DNA from: an uncultured Anaerolineales bacterium
GTDB lineage: Bacteria; Planctomycetota; Phycisphaerae; FEN-1346
Assembly: GCA_964353455.1 (NCBI GenBank)
Contig: CAYGWP010000582.1
Location: 1 to 42,022, forward strand
Direction of reading: 5' to 3'
DNA: 42,022 nt
Below, one piece after another: positions 34,654 to 42,022 of the stretch. Every line of letters begins with the position of its first letter. Within the stretch, counting starts at the first letter, position 1. A program made the translations under genes and the position numbers. The notes under the pieces are model-generated. The model was not told the origin of the DNA and did not search any database. It worked only from the letters and a program-made list of their open reading frames with translations.

Positions 34654-36426
34654 ATGAGCGATTGCGAGTGCCACAAACCCGGTTGTTGCGACGGGCCGAA
34701 CCGGCGGGAGTTCCTCTCGATGCTCGGGGCGGGCGCAGCGGCGGCGATGGCCGGCGGAATCCCGCGCGAGGCGGGGGCGGCCGAGACGCCGGACCTTGAG
34801 AAACTCGTCCCGGCCGACAAGAAACTCCCGCCCGAGTGGATAAGATCGCTCTACGACCAGGCGCTGTCCGCCGAGCAGATCGCGGCGTTGAAGCCCAATG
34901 AGCCATCGGACCTCAAGCCCTGGGCGTGGTGGTCGTTCGACGACAAGGAGGCCAAGGATCGCACCGGGCGGTTCCCGATCACGCAGATTGCCGGCGGCAC
35001 CACGGTGGAAGGCGGCAAGCTCGTGCTCGATGGCAAGAACGGGATGATGCTCTGCAAGACCGGGAAAGAAGCCCCCTTCGCTTACGAGACACCGGCCCGG
35101 CCGGCGAACCCGCCGGCGAACTGGCTGACCTACCACCTGGCCCACCCCGGTCCCGGCAATGCCAGGCCCGGCGATCCGAACTGCGCCTTCTTTTGGAAAG
35201 GCCGATATCACCTTCACTACATCTACACCCACAAGGATGGGTACTCCTTCGCCCACGTCTCCAGCGGGGACATGCTGCACTGGAAGTGGCACCCGACGAC
35301 GCTCACGCCGCCCAAGACCGGGCACGGCATGTTCAGCGGCACCGGCTTCTTCACCAAGGAGGGCAAGCCGGCCATCATTTATCATGGGCAGGGATCGGGC
35401 AGAAACCAGATCGCCGTCGCCGAAGACGACCAGTTGGAGAAGTGGAGCGTGCCCATGGCGCTGGAGCCGAAGATTCGACCCGGCCAGGATGGCAGCAAGA
35501 TCGCCAACTGGGATCCGGATGCCTGGGTGGACGGCGATACCTACTATGCGCTCTCTGGCGGCTCCCCCGGCAGTGGCAAGCCGCCCACATTGTTCAAGTC
35601 GCCTGATCTGAAGACCTGGGAGTATCTCGGGCTGTTCCTGAGCCATGATATGCCGGACGTCCAGAAGGACGAAGATGTCTCCTGTCCGAACTTCTTCAAG
35701 ATCGGCGGCAAACACATGCTGCTCTGCATCAGCCACAACAAAGGCTGCCGCTATTACCTTGGCGAGTGGAAGAACGAGCGTTTCACGCCCGACTTTCATG
35801 CGCGCATGAACTGGCATGGCCGGGACGTTTTTGCCCCGGAAAGCGTGCTGACGCCCGATGGCCGACGCGTCATGTGGGCTTGGTGTATTCTCGATGGCCC
35901 CCAGAGCGGTATCCAGTCGCTCCCTCGCGAACTCAGCCTGCCCGAGGACGGCGTTCTACGCATCAAGCCGCTCCGGGAACTGGAGACGCTCCGTTATGAC
36001 GAGAAGAGCGAAGCCAACATCACCGTGAAGGGCGACGGCATTCACACGCTCAAGGAGATTGCCGGCGACACCCTTGAACTCAAAATTACGATCAAGCCTG
36101 GCCAAGCCAAGCAGGTTGGCATCCGGGTGTACTGCGACAAGGAGGGCAACGGCGGTTTCCCGATCACGGTCGAACCCGAGAGCAAGACCTTGAATCTTGG
36201 CGCCATAAAGGTGCCGTTCGAGTTGAAACCCGGGGAAGATCTGGAACTGCGCGTCTTCCTGGATAAGAGCGTGATCGAGGTGTTCGCCAACGACCGCCAA
36301 GCCGCCGTCGCCTCCCACACGTACGCTCCAGGAAACCTTAGCGTCAGCCTATTCAGCAAGGGCGGAGATGTTGTGGTGAAGGACGTCAAGGGCTGGAGGA
36401 TGAGGTCAATCTACGCGGGACAGTAA
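34654..36426 (+). CDS. Tat-exported GH32-like glycoside hydrolase (apparently chimeric N-terminus)
   Basis: NRREFL Tat motif; GDPNCAF, MFSG, WDPD, SCPNFF, FAPES, QSLPRELSL, LRVFLDKSVIEVFAND. Confidence 0.85.
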   Translation: MSDCECHKPGCCDGPNRREFLSMLGAGAAAAMAGGIPREAGAAETPDLEKLVPADKKLPPEWIRSLYDQALSAEQIAALKPNEPSDLKPWAWWSFDDKEAKDRTGRFPITQIAGGTTVEGGKLVLDGKNGMMLCKTGKEAPFAYETPARPANPPANWLTYHLAHPGPGNARPGDPNCAFFWKGRYHLHYIYTHKDGYSFAHVSSGDMLHWKWHPTTLTPPKTGHGMFSGTGFFTKEGKPAIIYHGQGSGRNQIAVAEDDQLEKWSVPMALEPKIRPGQDGSKIANWDPDAWVDGDTYYALSGGSPGSGKPPTLFKSPDLKTWEYLGLFLSHDMPDVQKDEDVSCPNFFKIGGKHMLLCISHNKGCRYYLGEWKNERFTPDFHARMNWHGRDVFAPESVLTPDGRRVMWAWCILDGPQSGIQSLPRELSLPEDGVLRIKPLRELETLRYDEKSEANITVKGDGIHTLKEIAGDTLELKITIKPGQAKQVGIRVYCDKEGNGGFPITVEPESKTLNLGAIKVPFELKPGEDLELRVFLDKSVIEVFANDRQAAVASHTYAPGNLSVSLFSKGGDVVVKDVKGWRMRSIYAGQ

Positions 36427-36637
36427 CGGCGCCCGGGGGGCTTTCCGGGGACACCCATACTCGATCTCTCGCCGCCCGGTCTCGTCGGCTCGCTGTGCTC
36501 GCCTCCTCGACCAGCCCGGGACCCATGGTAACATTCGCCACAACCTTCATCAACATACAAGGGGTTACACTTGACCCGGCCGCGCCGGCCGCTAGACTCG
36601 TCTTCTGTCGGACGCACGTCATTCCGGGAGATCGGCC

Positions 36638-37258
36638 ATGAAACACGTCTGTTGGACAGTTGCGGCAGCGATCCTCTTCTGCGTCACCATCTACGCGGCC
36701 CAGGAGCGCGTGCTCTTTGAGGACCGTTTCGCGGGCAAGCTGGGCAACGGGTGGACCTGGCTTCGCGAGAACCCGAAGACATGGCGGACCGCCGACGGGG
36801 CGCTCGAGATACGCGTCGAGCCGGGCAATGCCGGTTCGGTCAAGAACGCGCTGCTCCGGAAGCCCCCCGACCGCACGAAGGGCAAGATCGCCATCGAGGT
36901 CACCGTCACCTTCACGACGCCGCCCACGGTCCAGTACGAGCAGGCCGGCATCACGTGGTATCGCGATGGCAAGCCCGTCTTCAAGTTCGTCCACGAGCAG
37001 ATCGACGGCAAGACCTACATCATCCCCGGCAAGAAGCCTGCCCCCGAGAAGACGGTGCAGCTTCGCCTCGTCGTCACGAAGGACCGCTTTACGGCCCAGT
37101 TCCGGCCCGACGCCAAGGGCGACTTCCAGACGGCCGCCGAGGGCGCCCTCGCGCCCGGCGGCGACGAGCAGGTCAGCATCCAGTGTTACAACGGCCCGGA
37201 GGCGGACGAGCACTGGATTCGCTTCGACGATTTCCGGATCATCGAATTAACGGATTGA
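36638..37258 (+). CDS. Secreted concanavalin-like beta-sandwich protein (DUF1349-like)
   Basis: Signal peptide; WTWLREN, QYEQAGI, FDDFRI. Promoter-like TTGACC-N16-TAGACT at 36571. Confidence 0.72.
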   Translation: MKHVCWTVAAAILFCVTIYAAQERVLFEDRFAGKLGNGWTWLRENPKTWRTADGALEIRVEPGNAGSVKNALLRKPPDRTKGKIAIEVTVTFTTPPTVQYEQAGITWYRDGKPVFKFVHEQIDGKTYIIPGKKPAPEKTVQLRLVVTKDRFTAQFRPDAKGDFQTAAEGALAPGGDEQVSIQCYNGPEADEHWIRFDDFRIIELTD

Positions 37259-37348
37259 ACCGCCGAGAACGCGGAGAGAAACTGCGTAGGCTTCTTGTAA
37301 GAGAATCAGGGAGGGCGTTCTCTGCGTTTCTCGGCGGCCTCCGCGGTT
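37258..37348. repeat. Inverted-arm element made of 9-10-bp CGC(A/C/G)GAGA-type units
   Basis: aaccgccgagaacgcggagagaaac ... gttctctgcgtttctcggcggcctccgcggtt; overlaps the stop at 37256-37258. Confidence 0.75.
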
Positions 37349-37375
37349 AAGGTTTTTTGAGCAAAGGAAACGGCC

Positions 37376-40300
37376 ATGCGTTCAATGCGCCGGCGTGAGT
37401 TTATTGAGCGGACCGTGGCAGCAAGCGTTGCCGTGGCCGCGATGGGCCAGGCGAGACTTCCGGGCCGTAGCGCGGGGCAATGCGTCCTGGCGGTCAGGGA
37501 CAGGATTTCATCCGGGGAATTTCGAGTGAGCGGAAGGGCTCCGCTGGGCGGCCAGAGAAGGGCGAGGCGTACGTGGGTTCTGGTCATGGCGGTTGCGATC
37601 GGCGTCGCGCTCGGGCTGGCGGCCCCCCGTGCCCACGCCACCGGATGGGCTCCTAACGTCGGGCAGGGGGCCGACATCGTCATGATGGACCTGCGCTGGC
37701 CCCGCTGGGACGAGGGAACCTATTACTGTTTCTGGTACGTCAAGTTCTTTCCCAACCGGTACTGCACTTTCTACGGCGGCCTGGCGACCCACGGCGACAA
37801 GGTCACCCCAGGGATGTTCATGTCCTACTGGGGCGGCATAACGAACATTCACGAGGGGGAGTATTTCTACCGGCACGGCTACGGGGCCGAAGGCGCGAAG
37901 GGCGGCGCCAACGGCAAGCCGCCCTTCCTGCGCCCTGGATCGTGGTATCGCATGGTCCTGCGCGTCTTTCCGCCCTTGCGGGGCGGCGAGAAGGAGACAT
38001 ATGTTGGCTGGTGGGTCAAAGACGTGGAGAAAAACCAGTGGCACACCCACAGCATCGTGAGCATCCCGTCCCGTGAAACGGGGGTCATGGGAAACAGCGG
38101 CTTTGTCGAGGCCCTGGCGCCCGAGAGCGTCCACCGCGCGTTCGAGTACCGCCTCGGCTACTACCGCCTGGAGGGGAAGTGGTTCCCGTCGAACGAAGTC
38201 GGCTCGCAGAGCCCGTCGCAGTTCCGGCTCATCGAGGATGGGACGGTCGTGCGCTTCGACCGTCCGGTCGAGGGCGATACGGGCTCCCGCAAGGAGAAGA
38301 CGTCCTTCGCCGCCCGGCAGCCGGGCGCGCCCGTTCTCGATGCGCCGGCGGTCGAGGGGGTCGAGGCCCGCGCGTGGGGAAGCCAGGTGACCGTCGAGTG
38401 GCGCATCCCCCCCAACGCGGCGCCGCAACTGGGGTATGCCCTGGAGGTGTTCGCCGAGGACGCGGCAGCGGGCCCCCGGCTGGCGGCCTTCGAGGACACC
38501 GCGCCGCACGTCCACGCCAAGCGCCTGGATACCGACCGGCCACCCGGAAGCGTGCGGCTGACCGTGACGGACATCTTCGATCAGAGGAAGTCCATAACGG
38601 TTCCCGTCAGGCAGGCGGCGCTCGCGCCCGCCGCCGAGGCCGCCGGGCTCCGCCCCGGGCTGGGGTATCTGTACTACGAGGCGCCGCAGGATGCCCGATG
38701 GGAGCGCCTGCCGGATTTTTCGGCCCTGGAGCCGATCAGGCGGGGCTGCGTACTTGCCCTGGACGACACCGTTCGGCAGGATCGTGACAAACTCTACGCG
38801 CTGCGCTACCAGGGGTATCTTCGGGCTCCCGCCGACGGGTTGTACGTGCTGTCGATAGGAACCTGCGACGGCAGCCGCCTGAGCGTGGATGGCAAGGTTG
38901 TGGCGGAGCGAGATGGAATCCACAGCACATCCGTAAGGCAGTACCCGATCGCCTTGAGCAGGGGTCTGCACACCTTCGAGATGGCCTATTTCAAGGGCCC
39001 GGACGCTTATCTCGCAGACAAGATTCTGGTGGCGTGGGAAGGTCCGGGTTTTGGGCTCCGTAACCTCTCCCGGGACGATCTCATGGCCCGTGACAGCGGC
39101 GATCTGCCTGCCCTTGCCATCGAGGTGGTCGGCGCGGTTTCCTCGGGCGTGCTGGAGGACAACCTCGTTGAGGTTCGCGGGCGCATCGAGCGGCACGGGC
39201 GCCGGATCGACAGGGTGCAACTCTTCCGCGGCCGCCAGTTGCTTGAGACGGTTTCGGGGACCGATTCCGGCGGCACGGACCGGATCGCCTTCAAGGTCCT
39301 GCTGCCGGAGGGCGACAACCCGCTCCGGGCGCGCCTGTGGTATGACGGCGGCTCGTCGGTCGAGTCCAACGTGCTGACCCTGAAGGCGCAAAACCGGACG
39401 GACGGCCCGTGGAAGTTCGATGTTCTGGGGGAAGACGTCTTTCCCATGGGGGCCCGGCATCGAGAGGGCCGGATGTCATTCGCGGGGGAGGGATTCTGTT
39501 TCGGACACCAGCCGGTCACGGGGGACTTCAGCCTGACCGCCCGGATCGCGGACATCCACCTGACCACCCCGGAAACGGGCGTCCATGCGGCAAACTGGCT
39601 GGGCCTGTTGGTCAAGAACAGGAAAACGAACCAGCCGTTCTCGGGAGACTACTTCGGCATCTATCGCACGGCCGGCCAGGGCATGCGGGGTCCGGCGGAT
39701 TTCCCGGACCTTGCCGCCAGCAGGCTGAGCATCGTCTCGTTTCCGGCGGATCATCCGTGGCTCAGGCTTGTCCGCCGTGGAAAGCGATTCCAGACCTTCA
39801 CCTCCCCGGACGGGAACGTGTGGCACAAGGCGATGGAGCGCATCATGCCGGGGTTCCCGGAGGAGGCCAGCGCGGGCGTGGTGTTCCAGGCGGTGCCGGG
39901 CAAGGGCCGCAGCCTCTTCGCCGGCGCGATGGACTGCCTGACCCTGGAACCCGGCCCTGTCGCGGAGGAGCCCCGGGCCAAGCCGCGGCCGGAGGACCTG
40001 CCCCAGGCGAATCGTGTCACCGCGCTGGTCCAGGCCGCGCAGGACCCCCGGATCCTGTATGCGCGGAGCAACGGCGCGGGACTGCTGAAATCAACGGACC
40101 GCGGGCAGACGTGGCGCCCCGTGGACGAGGGGCTTGCCTCGCCGGACGCCCGGGCGGTCCGGTCCGTGGCCGTGCATCCGAAGGACGCCTCAACCGTTCT
40201 GCGCGCGGGCGGCGCCGTGGTGGACGGCGCCCTCAGGAGCGGGCTGTGGAAGAGCACGGATGGCGGCAAGGTGTGGCGGCTGATCACGCGGGAGATCGAC

Positions 40301-41095
40301 TTCGACGGCCGGGGACCCGCCACGATTTTCGGCGAGGTCGTCTCGTTCTGCCCGGAAGACCCCCGGTTGGTCGCCGCCGGCGGGGAGACGAGCGGCCTGT
40401 TCCTGAGCACCGATGCGGGAGAGACCTGGAAGCCCGCCGGCCTCCAGGGCGAGCGAATCGCCTGCCTGGGCTTTGTCCCCGTGACGCGGCAGAAAGACGG
40501 GCAACTGATCGTTGGGACCATCGCGGACAGCGAGTTCGCAACGCTGGGCCTGGGCCAGGTGGCCTCGCCGGGCAAGGCGCCCGGGCGGATCTACGCCGTC
40601 TCGCTGCGGGACGGGAAAGTGAGAAAGCAGGTGCAGTGCGAGTTGCCGGACTTCGGCGTAACGAACATCGCCTTTGACGTGCACGAAAACTTCATGAACT
40701 TCGCGACCAACCGTGGCGTGTACTACACGTGGGTACACGGCACCGTGTTCGAACTGCGTCTGCACAAGATGCCTGCGGACGTGCTGTTCACGGCCATCGG
40801 CTCGCAGCCGCATTCCGACTGGAGCGCGGCAACGTATGCGGCGCCCTTTTCGGGAACGGGGCCAAGCCCGCTTTATGTCACGACGGACCGGAGCCGCAAC
40901 TGGTCCGTCGTGTCCGCCGACGCGCGTGCGACGGGCAGTCGCGAGGAGATCCGCCTGAATGCGGGAGTATCCTGCGTCGTGCGCGATGCCGGGGGAAAAG
41001 ACACCCTCTATCTGTGCAACCGATACGGGATTCTCAAGAGCACGGACGGGGGAAAGAGTTACGCGCTCGTCTATGGCAACGCTCGCGAACGCTGA
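37376..41095 (+). CDS. Large secreted multidomain protein (DUF3472-like N-terminus, PA14, beta-sandwich, BNR/Asp-box propeller); start uncertain
   Basis: PA14-like YALRYQGYL..DGSRLSVDG; Asp-boxes KSTDRGQTW, KSTDGGKVW, LSTDAGETW, KSTDGGKSY; two successive signal-like segments. Confidence 0.8.
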   Translation: MRSMRRREFIERTVAASVAVAAMGQARLPGRSAGQCVLAVRDRISSGEFRVSGRAPLGGQRRARRTWVLVMAVAIGVALGLAAPRAHATGWAPNVGQGADIVMMDLRWPRWDEGTYYCFWYVKFFPNRYCTFYGGLATHGDKVTPGMFMSYWGGITNIHEGEYFYRHGYGAEGAKGGANGKPPFLRPGSWYRMVLRVFPPLRGGEKETYVGWWVKDVEKNQWHTHSIVSIPSRETGVMGNSGFVEALAPESVHRAFEYRLGYYRLEGKWFPSNEVGSQSPSQFRLIEDGTVVRFDRPVEGDTGSRKEKTSFAARQPGAPVLDAPAVEGVEARAWGSQVTVEWRIPPNAAPQLGYALEVFAEDAAAGPRLAAFEDTAPHVHAKRLDTDRPPGSVRLTVTDIFDQRKSITVPVRQAALAPAAEAAGLRPGLGYLYYEAPQDARWERLPDFSALEPIRRGCVLALDDTVRQDRDKLYALRYQGYLRAPADGLYVLSIGTCDGSRLSVDGKVVAERDGIHSTSVRQYPIALSRGLHTFEMAYFKGPDAYLADKILVAWEGPGFGLRNLSRDDLMARDSGDLPALAIEVVGAVSSGVLEDNLVEVRGRIERHGRRIDRVQLFRGRQLLETVSGTDSGGTDRIAFKVLLPEGDNPLRARLWYDGGSSVESNVLTLKAQNRTDGPWKFDVLGEDVFPMGARHREGRMSFAGEGFCFGHQPVTGDFSLTARIADIHLTTPETGVHAANWLGLLVKNRKTNQPFSGDYFGIYRTAGQGMRGPADFPDLAASRLSIVSFPADHPWLRLVRRGKRFQTFTSPDGNVWHKAMERIMPGFPEEASAGVVFQAVPGKGRSLFAGAMDCLTLEPGPVAEEPRAKPRPEDLPQANRVTALVQAAQDPRILYARSNGAGLLKSTDRGQTWRPVDEGLASPDARAVRSVAVHPKDASTVLRAGGAVVDGALRSGLWKSTDGGKVWRLITREIDFDGRGPATIFGEVVSFCPEDPRLVAAGGETSGLFLSTDAGETWKPAGLQGERIACLGFVPVTRQKDGQLIVGTIADSEFATLGLGQVASPGKAPGRIYAVSLRDGKVRKQVQCELPDFGVTNIAFDVHENFMNFATNRGVYYTWVHGTVFELRLHKMPADVLFTAIGSQPHSDWSAATYAAPFSGTGPSPLYVTTDRSRNWSVVSADARATGSREEIRLNAGVSCVVRDAGGKDTLYLCNRYGILKSTDGGKSYALVYGNARER

Positions 41096-41138
41096 CAGGA
41101 ACGCGGTCCTCAACAGGATGGGCTGTCGGCCTGCTCGC

Positions 41139-41167
41139 TTGACGTGACCGGTGGGGCCAGCTACCAT
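41139..41167 (+). promoter_or_regulatory. Orphan sigma70-type promoter
   Basis: TTGACG-N17-TACCAT followed by ATG 41178 (MNARPRRWAGVLSVVGA...); no intact gene follows. Confidence 0.45.
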
Positions 41168-41249
41168 CGGGCGTGTCATGAATGCCCGCCCGCGCCGCTG
41201 GGCCGGGGTCTTAAGTGTTGTTGGGGCGGGCCCGGAGAAACCGGGGGAT

Positions 41250-41523
41250 CACGACGGATACGCGTCTTGCCCACGCCGTCTTTCCAATGATAACCGCTGA
41301 CAAAGCACCCGCCGGGCCAGCGCACGACCGAAAGCTTCAGATCCTTCATCGCCTCGATCACGTCCTTGCGGAAGCCGTTTCCATCTGACAGGGGCGAGCC
41401 CGGTCCAAACAGACCCCCGTAGATCTGCCGGTGAAAATGCTCGATAAAGCCTCCGAAGATCATCGGGCTGTAAGGCTTTGACGGCGCGGCGGTGTCTATC
41501 GTGACGACCGCTACTGTACATCT
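41250..41523 (-). pseudogene. GH51 alpha-L-arabinofuranosidase N-terminal fragment
   Basis: VTIDTAAP..YSPMIFGGFIEHFHRQIYGG...GFRKDVIEAMKDL..VVRWPGGCFVSGYHWKDGVG. In-frame stop upstream; similarity is lost after about 85 codons. Confidence 0.85.
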
Positions 41524-41643
41524 TCAGCGCAAATGGCACAATCAAGCCCTCGGCGCAAGTGAGGGGGTTTCGGTCCGGTCGGGATCCTTCGGTCCGGGCA
41601 TTCCCTTGTCCTTGCGCCGGCAACGCGCCAGCGTCTTTGCTTT

Positions 41644-41790
41644 GAGTTCCTGCCCGACGCCCTGCCGATGACAAACTCTGCCTTCCGCGCATTCCGCTAC
41701 GCGGCAGACCATCCGGCGCTCAAGGGCCGGGACCTGACGCACAAGGGCACGATCACCGACCGCGCCGCGCAAGGCCTTGACGTCCATCAC
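41644..41790 (+). pseudogene. Probable 3' remnant of an aryl-sulfate sulfotransferase-like gene
   Basis: LPDALPMTNSAFRAFRYAADHPALKGRDLTHKGTI resembles the FRAxRY..D.P.LxGxDL C-terminal motif of ASST-like proteins (from recall). Confidence 0.5.
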
Positions 41791-41996
41791 CAGTGCCGGC
41801 CGCCCGGAGATTGTCCGCAAGGGAAAGGCGACGGCGGAGAACGCCGCGGTGACAATCGCGATGACCGTCCACTACGCGACGACCAGCGCGAGAAATGAAC
41901 GCACACAATCGGAGACGCAAATGAAAAGACAGTCAGGCGATAATGGTTGCAGAAACCGGGATAACGCGTTATAGGATAAGCGGTTGTGTTCAAGGT

Positions 41997-42022
41997 GCCG
42001 GAGTGGCGGAATTGGCAGACGC
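41997..42022 (+). tRNA. tRNA, 5' part only, most likely tRNA-Leu
   Basis: GCCGGAG TG GCGGAATTGGCAGACGC is a class II Leu-type acceptor strand and D-arm. The anticodon lies outside the window. Confidence 0.8.

Noticed and set aside
36430-36570. Structured ncRNA between the GH32 and DUF1349-like genes
   Set aside because: Only short REP-like and imperfect palindromic pieces; no family consensus that I can support.
9239-37348. CRISPR array interpretation of the repeats
   Set aside because: Units are tandem with no unique spacers, are mostly too short, and no cas genes are present.
21241-39460. Long antisense and alternate-frame ORFs (e.g. 21241-22863, 27403-29070, 33188-34906, 37508-39460 on minus; 24146-25633 on plus)
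   Set aside because: Shadows of real high-GC genes: no motifs, biased composition, and overlap with well-supported CDSs.

Overview
High-GC bacterial window. Gene content (HEAT-repeat proteins, Tat-exported sulfatase and glycosidases, DUF5703-like and DUF6786-like proteins, long-helix MCE system) suggests Planctomycetota, possibly Phycisphaerae; this is inference only. In order: a partial secreted protein; archaeal-type IMP cyclohydrolase PurO; DUF502; a small insertion (beta-propeller gene plus decayed integrase); an Mla/MCE operon ending in a geranylgeranyl-reductase-family gene; tRNA-Thr(CGT); a TM1410/GH114-like hydrolase; UbiB-family kinase; ComF; LptFG; an alpha-glucan/glycogen cluster (GT4, GH57, GH15, debranching enzyme) interrupted by a 2.1 kb island (hicB, a hicA/hicB deletion chimera, two orphan membrane genes); a block of secreted carbohydrate- and sulfate-active genes with several apparent chimeras and gene remnants; and the 5' end of a tRNA-Leu. 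Two signals stand out. (1) A GH15 glucoamylase-like enzyme is fused to a C-terminal 2x[4Fe-4S] ferredoxin domain. (2) Short tandem-repeat elements (7-, 10-, 15- and 27-bp units, some with inverted arms) repeatedly begin at stop codons or end at -35 boxes, and two of them bracket the island's cargo genes. No CRISPR array, rRNA or intact transposase is visible. All family calls come from motif recognition, not database searches.
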